A stretch of 64,000 nucleotides of DNA from Callorhinchus milii. Lineage: Eukaryota. Made by a program: the position numbers and the translations under genes. Of the stretch, positions 50,171-63,502 are shown one piece after another. Each line of letters begins with the position of its first letter. Within the stretch, counting starts at the first letter, position 1. The DNA lies in NCBI RefSeq assembly GCF_018977255.1, contig NW_024704742.1:68636001-68700000 (forward strand). The letters are read 5' to 3'. Under the pieces are notes generated by a model that was not told the DNA's origin, made no database searches, and saw only the letters and a program-made list of their open reading frames with translations.

Positions 50171-50844
50171 CATAATGCCTTGGCTCCATTGTTGAGACAT
50201 CTCAAAGCACTTCACAGCATATATTGTAAAGTGGATTGACTGCATATTTTCTGGGCAAAATGGGGCAGTCAATTGCGCACAGCAGTGTCCCACAAAGAGT
50301 TGTGGATTGAGTGACCAATTTCATTTGAAGGGATTATTATTCCTTCAAAGAGGCATAAGTCTTGAGACAGAGCTTGAACAAGGTGAGGGAGGCGGTGAGT
50401 CACAGGGACTTTGGGATGGAGAGTGGGACAGGTAGGCTGAAAGCCCACCTGCTAATGGTGAGGCAGGGGAGGGATATAAAGCAATCTGGTGCCCACTGAG
50501 TCTCCAATGCAAGGATTATACATTATTCTTGATTTTTTGACATAGTTTGTAAAATCTAGTATTGATGCATTAGAAAAGGTATAAGAAGCCGAGTAAGGGG
50601 GTCACATTAGCGTGGTTGGTACAACTCTCACTTCTGGGCCAGAAAATTTAGCTGCAGGACTCCACATGAACTCCTAAAGGATGAAACTTTGAGCTAGTTT
50701 CCTTACTCCACACAGCTCTGTTTACCAACAGTAAGTAGGAACCCAACAGTTAGTCAATTGACAAATCAATTTCCAGAGGTAATAATCCCTTAAAAAAAAT
50801 GTGGTCACTCAATCCATGGTTGCACACAACAACTCACGAAGCCA

Positions 50845-51635
50845 GTCAGGAACCTAGGTGTCTTGTTCAACCCTCAACTGTCTTTTCTTCCCCACATCCA
50901 AGCCATGACCCTCTCTGCCTTCCCTCACCTCAGTAGCATCGCCCAACTCTGTCACTACCTCACCCCTCAGGCCACTGAAACTCTTGTTCATGCCTTCATC
51001 ACCTCCAGGCTCGACTATGCAAATGCTCTGCTTGTCAGCCTTCCCAACTCCTCCCTCCACAGGCTGCAGATAATCCAGAGCTCTGCAGCCCGTGTCCTCT
51101 CCCGCACCAAACTCCGTGACCCCATCTCCCCCATTGTCGTCCGACTCCATTGCCTCCTTATACTTCAGAGGATCCAGTTCAAGATCCTAGTTCTCACCTA
51201 CAAAGCCCTCCATGGCCTCACCCCATCCTACCTCTGCGACCTTCTAACCCCCTATCAACCCGCCCGCTCCCTCCGATCAGCTGGCTCTGGCCTGCTCCAC
51301 GTCCCCCGACCCACCCGTCCCACCATTGGTGGGAGAGCCTTCAGCCACTCTGCCCTCAACCTCTGAAATTCCATCCCCCAATCACTCCGCCTCACCCTCT
51401 CCTTAGCCTCCTTCAAGTCCTGCCTCAAGACCCTCCTCTTCGACCACGCCATCAGCCACCCCTCCCTTCCCCTCCCCTCCCTTCTCCCCCCAACCTCAGC
51501 TTGGGTCTGAAATGTTGTACACTGTCCAGGGCCTTGGGACGTCCTCCTGACATGAATAATAATAATAATAATAAAATCCTGGTCCTCACCTTCAAGGCAC
51601 TATACAAATGTAACCTTGTTGTTGTTGTTGTTGTT
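50845..51635 (+). mobile_element. L2 3' fragment, relatively young (167 aa open frame from the ORF2 C-terminus)
   Basis: ORF 50863..51366: ETLVHAFITSRLDYANALL..LQIIQSSAARVL..RIQFKILVLTYKALHGLTPSYLCDLL. Confidence 0.92.
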
Positions 51636-51927
51636 TGTGGAATGATTGATCAAACTTTACGCAACTGCTGTGTGCAATTGGCTGCTAGATTTTGTCCACA
51701 AATACACAGTCAATTCACTTTACAGTCTAACCTGTGAAGTGCTTTGAGACATCTCAATTATGTGGTAAGGCACTACATCAAATGCAGGGATTATTATTAT
51801 TATTCAGATAGAGATGCTGAATTGAGGTCCCCTTTGCCTGTTCTGGTGGATGTTAAAGATCCCAATATATGACTCAAAAAAAAAGGGAATTTCAGTATCT
51901 CGCCTCGCAATCCTCCAGATCAATCGT

Positions 51928-52475
51928 CCAACAACAACAAGATTACATTTGTATAGCGCCTTTCATGTCGGGAGGATGTCCCAAGGCGCTGGACAGTGTA
52001 CAACATTTCAGACCCGAGCTGGGAGAAGGGAGGGGAGGGGAAGGGGGGGTGGCCGATGGCATGGTCGAAGAGGAGGGTCTTGAGGCAGGACTTGAAGGAG
52101 GCTAAAGAGGCGGAGTGATTGGGGGATGGAATTCCAGAGGTTGAGGGCAGAGTGGCTGAAGGCTCTCCTACCAATGGTGGGGCGGGTGGGTCGGGGGACG
52201 TGGAGCAGGCCGGAGCCGGCTGAGCGGAGGGAGCGGGCGGATTGATAGGGGGTTAGGAGGTCGCAGAGGTAGGGTGGGGCGAGGCCATGGAGGGCTTTGT
52301 AGGTGAGGATCAGCATCTTGAACTAGATCCTCTAAAGGATAGGGAGCCAGTGGAGTCGGGCGAGAGTGGGGGAGATGCGGTCACGGAGTTTTGTGCGGGA
52401 GAGGACACCGGCTGCAGAGTTCTGGATTATCTGCAGCCTGTGGAGGGAGGAGTTGGAAAGGCCAACAAGCAGGGA
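51928..52475 (-). mobile_element. L2 3' fragment, inverted relative to 50845-51635
   Basis: ORF 52008..52316 has an almost identical peptide; the tail is at 51928. Confidence 0.92.
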
Positions 52476-52639
52476 AGACAGTTTGTAAGACCTTTCTGAT
52501 ACAAGTGGCTTCTGTGTTTGCCTCCAACAAGTGATGAGATGTATTTTCTATCTACTAATGTTTTTGGTTGAGTCAAATACTGTATTCAACGAGCCCCTAA
52601 GATGCAATCTCCAACTCTACTACATATTTATAATAATAT

Positions 52640-52962
52640 AATAATAATATAATAATCCTTGCATTTGATATAGCGCTTTTCACGTCAGGAGGACGTCCCA
52701 AAGCGCTTCACAGAACACACTGTAAAGTGAATTGACTGTATATTTGTGGGCGAACGTGGCAGCCAATTGCGCACAGTAATGTCCCACAAACAGTCGTAGA
52801 TTGAAAATGACCAATTTAATTATTGTTTTTAGTTTTTTGGAGGGATTATTATTAGGCGTGTGGAGTAAGGAAACTTGCCCAAGGTTTCGCCCTGCCTGGA
52901 ATTGAACTCAGGTCTCTCATTTGCAAAGCGAGTGCTCTAACCACTGAGCTACAGGACTCCAC
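52640..52962 (-). mobile_element. tRNA-Ala-derived SINE, young short subfamily
   Basis: Near-perfect reverse complement of 53244-53558. Confidence 0.93.
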
Positions 52963-53243
52963 TATTTGCTATTGTTGGGAGCTTTGTACATATCTGCCAT
53001 TCAGCTGCTATTGTCCGCGTGTGTACTTCATACCGTAACATGTTTGACTGTTACATTATACAGAGCTTCAGGTGCTGATAGTCTCTTAAGCATTAAATTG
53101 TTTGGTGCGAAGAGACTTATTAAAAGGATAGCAAATGCAACACTTTCCTGTAATCTTACCTCTGGGGTTTGTTTTGAAGCTGATGCTTGTCATGTTAGTA
53201 AGTAAATGCAGTTAAAACTCTCTCGCCCTCTGATGCATCCAAT

Positions 53244-53558
53244 GTGGAGTCCTGTAGCTCAGTGGTTGAGCACTCGCTTTGCAAGCTAGAGACCTGAGTT
53301 CAATTCCAGGCAGGGCGAAACCTTGGGCAAGTTTCCTTACTCCACACGCCTAATAATAATACCTCAAAACCAATAACAATAATAAAATTGGTCATTTTCA
53401 ATCCATGACTGTTTGTGGGACATTGCTGTGCGCAATTGGCTGCCGCGTTCGCCCACAAATATACAGTCAATTCACTTTACAGTGTGTTCTGTGAAGCGCT
53501 TTGGGACGTCCTCCCGACGTGAAAAGCGCTATATCAAATGCAAGGATTATTATTATTA
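53244..53558 (+). mobile_element. tRNA-Ala-derived SINE, young short subfamily
   Basis: Head, body and CTCCC-loop tail are all present. Confidence 0.93.
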
Positions 53559-53664
53559 ATGCTAATGGTACACAGTAATGGCTCTATTTTAATATTGCAT
53601 TGGTTGGTTGGAAGTTGTGACTCATGATTTGACCTAGGGTTAAATATTGTTAATAATTTGACTT

Positions 53665-53888
53665 ATAATAATAATAATAATAATAATAATAATCCTTGCA
53701 TTTGATATAGCGCTTTTCACGTCGGAAGGACGTCCCAAAGCGCTTCACAGAACACACTGTAAAGTGAATTGACTGTAAATTTGTGGGCGAACGCGGCAGC
53801 CAATTGCGCACAGCAATGTCCCACAAACAGTCGTAGATTGAAAATGCCAATTTTATTATTGTTTTTGGTTTTGGAGGGATTATTATTA
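53665..53888 (-). mobile_element. 5'-truncated young SINE
   Basis: (AAT)n tail and body without the head. Confidence 0.9.
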
Positions 53889-56800
53889 AATAATAAAAAA
53901 CAATGTTTTTGTTCAAGGTGGCAGGTATTAATCTGAAAAGCTAGCAGGCAGCTCACATGGCAATGTAATATAAGCATGTTATATTTATGTTATATACTTA
54001 GTGCCTAGGGCGAAATCTTAGGCCATTTTCTTTATTCCACCAGCGTCTGATTAACTATCAGTAAATAGGATCCCAGTTGTTAATTGATTGGTGTATCGCT
54101 TTTCGGGGTAATAATCCCTCAAAAAAAATTGGTCACTCAGTCTACGACTGTTTCTGGGACATTGCTCTGCGCAATTGGCTGCCGCGTTTCACTTTACAAT
54201 ATACAATCAATTCACTTTACAGTATATTCTGTGAAGTGTTTTGAGACATCTCAACAACAACAACAAAATTACATTTATAGAGCGCCTTTCACGTCGGGAG
54301 GACGTCCCAAAGCGCTGATAAGATATGATAAGGTGCTATATCAAATACAAGGATTACGTTTATTGAAATCAAAACATCTCAATGCTAATTGCTGCTGTAA
54401 CTGTAAGCAAACAAAGCAGCCAGTGTACGCACAGAAAGTCCCAGATGTGAATGACTTGTGTTTTTTATCTGTAGGATTCTTTGACAGGACAGCAGGAGAA
54501 ATTTCTTCTGTTTTCAAATGGTACCATGGGATTGTTTGACAATTGTTCACATAAGGTACTAGCAATGCGGCTTATTAGGCCGGCAGTAAGCGTTGAGCAC
54601 AGATATAAATTAGCACAGAGCCTGCAAGGATAGTGATTATGTCCATCAATCCAGGCTAGGTATTTGAAAAGGAAAAATTTGCAGGATTTTCTCCCAAACT
54701 GGAGGGAGAAAGTTATAACAAAATAATAATAATAATACTTTCATGTACCACCTGATCACATCTTTGAGATGCCTCACAGAATATATTGTGAAGTAAATTG
54801 ACTGTATTTTGCGGGTGAAACGCAGCCCATTGTGCACAGCAGTGCCCCAAAATCAGTTGTGGCTGAACAGGCTGATGGGACCTCAGTTTAACATGTCATG
54901 GAAAGAGCAGCACCTTTGATGATGCAGCACTCCACGAATACTACACTGGAGTGTAGGGCCACAATCATGCGAACCAGAGGCGAGCGAGAAAAAGGAAAAA
55001 CTCCCACTGTCCTGGTCACCAATCTCCAGATGAATTATAATAATAATAATCCTTGCATTTGATATAGCGCCTTATCACGTCTTTGAGTTGTCTCAAATCG
55101 CTTCACAGAATATACTGTAAAGTGAATTGACTGTGTATTTTGTGGGCAAAACATGCCAGTAAATTATGCACAGCAGTGTCCCACAACAGTTGTGGATTGA
55201 GTGACCAAATTATTATTATTTGTTTTGAAGGGATTTTTACCCCCGGAAAAGTGATCCGCCAATCGACTAACAACTGGGTTCCTACTTACCGCTAGGTAAA
55301 CAGAGGTGCGTGGAGTAAAGGAACTTGCCCAACGTTTCGCCCTGCCCGGGAATTGAACACAGGTCCTCTCGCTTGCGAGGTGAATGCTCTAAGCACTAAA
55401 CTACAGGATTCCACTCACCTCACTTAACACTAATTTGTGTAAAAGAGACTTTTGAAGGGATAAAGCACTACAATTTAGCGTATTGGTTGGAGCACTCGCC
55501 TCCCAACTGATTACCAGGCAAGGTTAAATCTTATGCAAGTTTCCTTACTCTACATACCTCTGTTTACCTAGCAGTAATTAGGAATCCAGTTGTTAGTTGA
55601 TTGCTGAACTGCCTTCCATGAGTAATAATATTGTCAAAGCAAAATAAATAATTTGGTCACTTCAATCCGTGACTGTTTGTGAGACACTCCTGTGCGCAAT
55701 TGGCTGCCATGTTTTGCCCAGAAAATATACAGTCAATTCACTTCACAGTATATTCTGTGAAGCACTTTCAGATGTCTTGAAGACGTGATAAGGCACTATA
55801 TCAAATGGATTATTATTATTACTATTTCCTGTAAAGCAGAACCCAAATGCATTTGGTCTGGGAGCTGCACAAAGCAAGACACCAAATAGCTGGAGCTAAA
55901 GCTTTATAAAAGCCTTTCAATAATGGCTTGCAGCAATCTGGCATGCTGAGAAGCACTTTGCAGCATGATTGCTACAATTGTTCTCATAAGGTACTAGCAA
56001 TGTGGCTTATCAGGCCGGCAGTAAGCGTTGCACACAGATATAAATTAGCTTAAAAGCACAGAGCCTGTAAGGAAAGTGATTATGTCCATCAATCCAGGCT
56101 AGGTATTTGAAAAGGAAAAAATTGCAGGATTTTCTCCCAAACTGGAGGGAGAAAGTTATAACAGAATAATAATAATACTTTGATGTAACACCTGATCACA
56201 TCTTTGATACGCCTCAAAGCGCTTCACAGAATATATTATGAAGTAAATTGACTGTACCTTGTGGGCGAAACACAGTCAATTGTGCACAGCAGTGCCCCAA
56301 AATCAATTGTGGATTGACCAATTTGACCAAATTATTATTTATGAATTAAATTTATTAATTAAAGAACTTGCATTTTTCATCACACCTGCTCATGTTGAAC
56401 TGCATCAAAGTGTCTTTACAGCAATTACTGTGAACCTTTTATTAAGCAAACACCAGCCATTTTGCACACATCAAGGTCTCACAAACGGACCTCAATTTGA
56501 TAATAATAATAATTATTGCATTAGATACAGCGCCTTATCACATCGTTGAGATGTCTCAAAGATCTTTACAGAATTTATTCTAATAAATTGGTCACTCAGT
56601 CCACGGCTGTTTGTGGGACACTGTTGTGTGCAATTGGCTGCTGTGTTTCACCCAAAAAACATACAGTCAATTCACTTTACAGTATATTCTGTGAAGCGCT
56701 TTGAGATGTCATGAAGACATGATAAGGCATTATAACAAAATCGCAAGGATTTTTATTATTATTGTAAAGTGAATTGACTGTATTTTGTTGGTGAAAAGTG

Positions 56801-59800
56801 GCAGCCAATTGCGCACAGTAGTGTCCCACAAACAGTCGCGGATTGAGTGAGCACATTTTCTTGCGGGGTGGGTTATTACTGCAAGCGATCCTCCAATCGA
56901 CTAACACCTACTTATTGTTAGGTAAACAGAGGCATTCGGAGTAAGGAAACTTGCTTAAGATTTTACCCCGCCCGGGAATCGAACCCAGATCCTCTTGCTT
57001 GTGAGACGAGCATGCTAACCACTACACTACAGTACTCCACTATCATCAGATATCTCATCTGAGGTAATGCAGAAGGCCCCCAGTCCCGCTAAGCCAAGCT
57101 GACCAAAACTCTTATTGAGGCAGAAGATGATTTTCTTACGATATCACAATTTTCTTGCTAAAGCCAGACTGAATTATGCGCTGCTTGTATAATCAACATA
57201 GAATAATCCTTGCACTGTTCCTTTTGATATTGCCTTTCATGTTGGAAGTACATTTCAAAGCACTTAACCATCGGATTGATTGTATTGTATTTTGAGGGTG
57301 AACACCACAGACAATTTGCTCACTAGTTTCCCATAAACAGCCATGAAGTGAATGAGCAATTTTATCAGGGAAACTGTTAGTAAGGACATCGGGAGAAAAT
57401 CACTTCTCTACAATTGTGGACAATCTCCCACCCACCACTGGGTTGTGAAGTTGAAACTGAGGTTTCATCTGTTCAGATGGATGTTAAATCACACTAGTTT
57501 CTCCCTGTGTATTGGCCAGGTGAATGAACATTGATCATTCACTTTATTTCTGTCTGTGGGACCTTTCAGTGCATAAAATGGCTGCTGCAATCCAAGACGC
57601 CGTCCGTCTTGAAGGGCGCTTTATAAATGCAAGTTGTTGTTATTGCGATCGCCTACAAAAGCACTCACTACACTTGGCAGCAAGTTCCCTGTGAAGCGCT
57701 GTGTGATGCTTTGATGTTACAGATGCCACATCAAATGCAAGGACGGTTCTTATTATTTTATAATAAGTTAAACCTGCTGAGGCTTCAGTTTAGAATCTAA
57801 TTTAAAATTCTGTTTAAGTGGCGATTAAGAAAAAAAACACTGGATGCTAATTGAACACGAGTTTCTTTCCATTTTAATTCCTTCCACACGCTGACCTCCA
57901 ATGTTTACCACTGCCTGTCTTGACAACATGGAAATTCATCCTCTATGGGGATTTGAAATGCATTTGGTCGTCCTCTGCTGAATGACGGTGTGCATCTGCT
58001 TTATATCAAGAGCATTCTGCAACACCCAGGATTACCAACAACAAGTTGTGCTTGTATAGGGTCCTTCGCATTAATAACATCTCAGAGTGCTTCGTAAAGA
58101 TGCGGTCAGACACAGAGCAGGGGGGAGGGGATAAGGGGTCGACGAGGTAGGTTTTTAGGTAGTATTTAAAGACACGTGGGGTAAGGTGGGGGAGGCAGTG
58201 CGGTAGAGGGAGGAAGGAAAGAATATAAAGCACCAGCAACATTGCATTTCAAAAGAGAAGGGAATTTCTCCTGGTCAACAATCCTCTGGATAAAATTGTT
58301 CATTTACTTCATTGCTGCTTGTGGAACATTGCTGTGTGCAGCGTGGCTGCTGCATTAGCGTACAAGTACGCAATCACTGCACTGCACAGTAATTCCTATG
58401 AAGCGCTATGAGATGTCTCAACGAAATGATAAAGCACTTTACCAACAGCAAGGATTATTACTATTAAGATGACTGAAATGAGTGGGAGGAAGAATTTAGG
58501 GATGTTCAGTTCCCAAACTGATCATTGAGCACAAGATAAAATGGACCACAAATTGTGTACCTGGTGTTAGTTGTCAAATTCTGTTCGCAAATCCTCCCCT
58601 CCTCCCATTTCTGTTACAGGTTTCTTCACGCCTCATTTGGGGGGGGTTCAGGTTTTGGATTACTGTCAGGTTCCCCCATTGCAATAAGCTCAAAGGAGAC
58701 ACACCAGCTCTTCTCCATAATAATAATAATGATAATCCTTGCACATCATCACATCATTGAGATGTCTCAAAGCGCTTAACAGAATATACTGTAAAGTGAG
58801 TGTACTAAATTTTATGGGCGAAATGTGGCAGCCAAATGCGGACAGCAGGGTCCCACAATCAATTGTGGATTGAGTGACCAAATTTTATTTGAAGAGACTA
58901 TTACCCCTGGAAAGTGATCCGCCAATTGACTAACAACTGGGTCCCTACTTACTGCTAGGTAAACAGAGAAATATTGAGGAAGGAAACTTGCCTAAGGTTT
59001 CGCCCTGCTCGGGAATCAAACCCGGGTCCTCTCGCTTACGAGGTGAGTGCTCTACCCAATACTCTACAGGATTCATAACACATCAACTGAGCGGTCAAGC
59101 ACTGGAGAGAGTACTGCAGTTGTATAAATCCAGGGTTCCTCCTCATGCAGTGTTATTTTCTTCTCCTTATCTAGTGAGGCTGCTTTGAATGAGAAGTGCT
59201 CCCTGTAGAATTGACTTTCCTCTTTAAGTGAGTCTTTGATCGTAAAAGTGTCAATGTGCGAGCAGATGAATATCTTCCTTGAAAACATCAGAATGTCAAA
59301 GTTAGAATTAAGGCAACAATCAAGAATGAAATGTACAGCATGAGTTTAAAATCTTTATCATCTTTTCACACTCCTCATTTTCTGTAAAAGCCCTTGGATT
59401 CAAGCAGAGATTCAATGCTGCCTTTACCACGTCAAAGTGCTTGGAGTCAACTAACCAGATGCGGATAATGGATGGAATGATGTGTCACTTGACAAGGTTA
59501 ACTACGCACCGTTCATTGGGTGTAATGGATCTCAACTGGTTTATTGTGCAGCAGGCTTAGTTAGCAAAATAAACTCGGGAAGAGGGGGATAGACTTACAT
59601 TTGAGGTGAAAGGACAAAATCATTGCTGAAAGGTGTCTGCTTGGTTCAGTTGGTAACATTCTCACCTCGAGCAAAGGTATTAATAAGAATCCTTGCAGTT
59701 GACATATAATAGTTCTGATAATGTCTAAAAAAGATTCACAGAATTTCTGTAAAACGTATATTTGTAGACAATGCACAAGCCAATTTGCGCACTGTGCTGA

Positions 59801-61546
59801 CTCAGTGATAAGACGTGATAAAGCGCTATATCAAATGCAAGGATTATTATTATTGTTACTATATTTATCATCACTTGTCCATTCAGCTCTTTGAGATATT
59901 TAATAATAATAATAATGATCATCCTTGCATTTGATATAGCGCCTTATCACATCATTGAGAGGTCTCAGAGCGCTTCACAGGATTATACTGTAAAGTGAAT
60001 TGACTGTACATTTTGTTTATATATATATTTGGATGGTATTGGCATGATATTAAAATGCAAGGATTTTCATTGTTATACAAGTACTGAGGGATTGACATTT
60101 TTGACATTACCAAATACATGTACATCAAATCTTTACAAATTTCCGCCCAGGATTTGTAAAGCTGTATGTTTTTCTAATCTTGAATTTTTTTTCATGGCTT
60201 TCATAATCCACCCACATTAAACCAAAAGTATGATAGCCCATGGAATCTGAACCTCAGTCTAATTATGATTGAAAGAAGCCAACCTTTTATATCAGAGGGC
60301 AGCGTATCTCCAAGGAGGACAAGTTGTGCCAACAACTGTAGTGCACACCTATGTCCCACAACAAAAACAGAGGGATAATCATAACAATACTTCTTGCATT
60401 TGATATAATGCCGTATCACGTAGTTGAGACGTCTCAAAGCGCTTCACAGAATATACAGTAAAGTGGATTGACTGTGTATTTTGTGGATGAAACTCCAATT
60501 GCAAACAGCAGTGTCCCATAAACTGTTATAATCCATAAGCGGATTGAATGAGCACATTTTTTTTTTGGAGGGATTATTATCCCCAGAAACTGATCTGCCA
60601 ATCGATTGACAACGGGGTTTCTACTTATTGCAAGGTAAACAAAGGAATAAGGAAACTTGCCTAAGGTTTTGCTTTACCCGGGAATCAAAACTGGTTCCTC
60701 TCGCTTTTATTTTTAACCATAAATAGGCTGATTTTTAACATAAATAGGCTGGTTCCTTTCTTTGGGGAATCCGTAACCAGGGGACACAAGTATAGTATAG
60801 AGACCAGGAGATCTAAAAGAGAATTTAGGAGGAACTTACTTCATGCAAAGATAGAGGGGCATAGTGGCTGACAGCATGGCTGACATTTCAGCTAGAGGAC
60901 AGCACCTCGGACAATGCAGTGCTCCCCCAGCACTACACAAGAGTGTCAGCCTCGATGAAGCTGTCTAATCCTGACGTGGAGCTTGAACCCACAAATTGCT
61001 AACTGAGAGTAAGAGCACTGACCGATAACCAGCAGATTGGCATTATTGTGCTGTTATTAAAGCATTGAAATCTCAGTCAAGTGAATCAGACATCCCAGCA
61101 AGGGACCACTGCCTGCTATTAACCCTTTGCACGCCCAAACCCCTCTCATTTGTGATGGCCTTCAATAGTGCAGGCTAATTGTCAGAACAAACTAAACATA
61201 GCCACAAGAATTCACTTGGTCAAACTCAAATTGGAACCCAGTGCAATTAGATGAGGTTTGAAATGGAAAAAACAATTAACCGTCTTCCTCAGACCTTAAT
61301 GTTCACTTTCAAATGCCTATGTGTCCACCCACATCTTTTATCATCCAGACGAACAATACTCATTCAAAAAACATCTGCTGCAGATAGAGTCCTGCTTGTC
61401 TTTGAGAGTTCGATGAATGTGCCAGAGCAATTTTCATTTCCTCACTCAATAGAACATCTGCAGAAACTGAGTGTCAGTGTCCAATCTACAGTGCACTGGG
61501 GTGAGAATGTGATAAGTCTGGACAGCAGAGAGGGAACAAAACTGAG

Positions 61547-62080
61547 AGGCTTGAAATTGTATCTATTCTAAACCTGTAAAACCATTTTGTCTTGAAATTT
61601 AAGGTCACACGGAGCAATGGAAAAGTGCTTGAATCCAGTCTTAATCATTATTGTTGAATTTGATACAGCGCCTTAGCATGTTGTCGAGACGTCTCAGAAT
61701 GCTTCACAGGATATACTGTAAAGTGGATTGACTGTGTATTTTGTGGGCGAAACGTGGCAGCCAATTGCACACAGGAGTGTCCCACAAACAGTTGTGGATT
61801 GAGTGACCACATTTTTTTTGAAGGGATTATTCCCCAAGATAAGCGATCTGCTGATCGACTAATACCCGGGTTCCTACATACTGCTTGGTAAACAGAGGTG
61901 TGTGGAGTAAGGAAACTTGCCAAACGTTTGGCTCTGCCCGTGAATTGAACCCAGGTCTTCTTGCATGTGAGGCGAGTGCTCTAATTATGACTGATTTTAG
62001 AATTTACCACAATTTTGTGCATTCTTAATTTTTCAGATAATGTAGCTTTACCATCTTAGATTAGTTGGAATTTCAGGCCT
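61547..62080. mobile_element. MITE-like element with ends aggcttgaaatt...ggaatttcaggcct, interrupted by a SINE at 61646-61985
   Basis: The termini are inverted. The left arm matches 35738-35790, and the right end ttagattagttggaatttcaggc is the reverse complement of 35713-35735. Confidence 0.62.
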
Positions 62081-63502
62081 CTGATCCATAGTGTTAGAAG
62101 GATGAGCTGTGAGGAACAACTAAGATAAGCCTTGACAACCCTGAACAGACGTGTCTTAGAGGGGAGTTTATAGAGCTGTATAAGATGCTTAACTGGAAAG
62201 AGAATGTAAAACCAGATAAATACCTTAAGAAACACTATAAGCAGAAGGATAAGAGGTTATAAATTCAGAGCTCCAAAAGGTCAGCTTTCAGAGAAAACAT
62301 TTGGTCAAGAATTTCTCATAAAAAGAGTTATGTTTATTATTATTAAATTATTAAAACATTTCATACACAAAATATATAGTCAATTCACTTTATAGAATAT
62401 TCTGTAAAGTGCTTTGAAACATCTTAACAACATGATAAGGTGCTATATTAAATGCAAAGAGTATCTATTATTGATCAGGTCTCTCAAATTAAAAGTGAAT
62501 TTACGATTTTTCCAAAATTCGGCCCAATCTTACATTTTAAAAAGATGGTCTGTCTGTACACTCAGGCTGTCAATGGATTTTTGATTATGGGAAACAGTTC
62601 TTCACACAGAGAGGTGATCTAACAAGTCAGGAAGTCTGGGGGAGACTGTATCCCCATCATACCAGCTCTAGACAACCTCCACTGGCTCCCTATCACCGAA
62701 CGAATTGATTTTGAGATCCTCACAATCGTCTACAAATCCCTTCATACCCAGGCACCTCCTACTTCTCTGATCTGCTTACTCCCCAACACACTACCTGTTG
62801 CCTCCATTTGACTGGCTCCGGTCTTCTGCTTGTCCCTCGTGCCCTCCGTTCCACCATTGGTGGCCCCATATTCAGCCCAAACTCTGGAACACCCTCCCTC
62901 TATCTCTCCACCTTGTCCCCTCCTTCCCCATTTTCAGGTGGGGTTTGAAGATCTTCCTCTTCGACCGCGGTTAAGATCACCTCTCCTCTCCCCCCGGCTC
63001 GGCATTGTGCTCCGCTACTGGCAAGTGCTCTGGAATGCTACACTATGTGAGGGATGCTATATAAATGCAAGTTGTTGATTAATAAACTAAGTTGTCTAAT
63101 AAACTGGTGGAACAGGCTCAGTAGTTGAATGGCCTCCTTCTACTTCTATTTTCCTGTATTCCTAAATGGATTGAAAGTTCTTCTTCAGCCAAACCTTTCT
63201 TGCAATCTTGTCCAACAATTCTCCAGATAAAATGCTCATTGATATTGTAGTTGTTTACAGGATTTTCCTATGTGCAAAATGGCTGCCATATTTGAAGCCA
63301 CTTTGCATACAGCAAGGTCTCACGTAGAGCTACAAAGTCAATGCATTTGACAACACGTCCTTGTGAAGTGCTTTGAGACGTTTCAACATTGTAGGCACTC
63401 TATCAAACATAAAGATTCTTATATTATGTGGCCGTACCTTCAGGCAGGAAAGGGAACTGGAGAATAAACCTCTAATGCCTCACCTTTCTTCCTCCTGTCC
63501 AG

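Larger units (their letters stand above)
39361..63502 (+). other. CTNNA2: 24.1 kb GT-AG intron of CTNNA2. Other introns: 30172-35168, 35326-39159, and a >30 kb intron ending at 30078.
   Basis: Defined by the flanking exons, whose peptides join without a gap (KLLSET-VMPRFAEQ). Confidence 0.92.
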
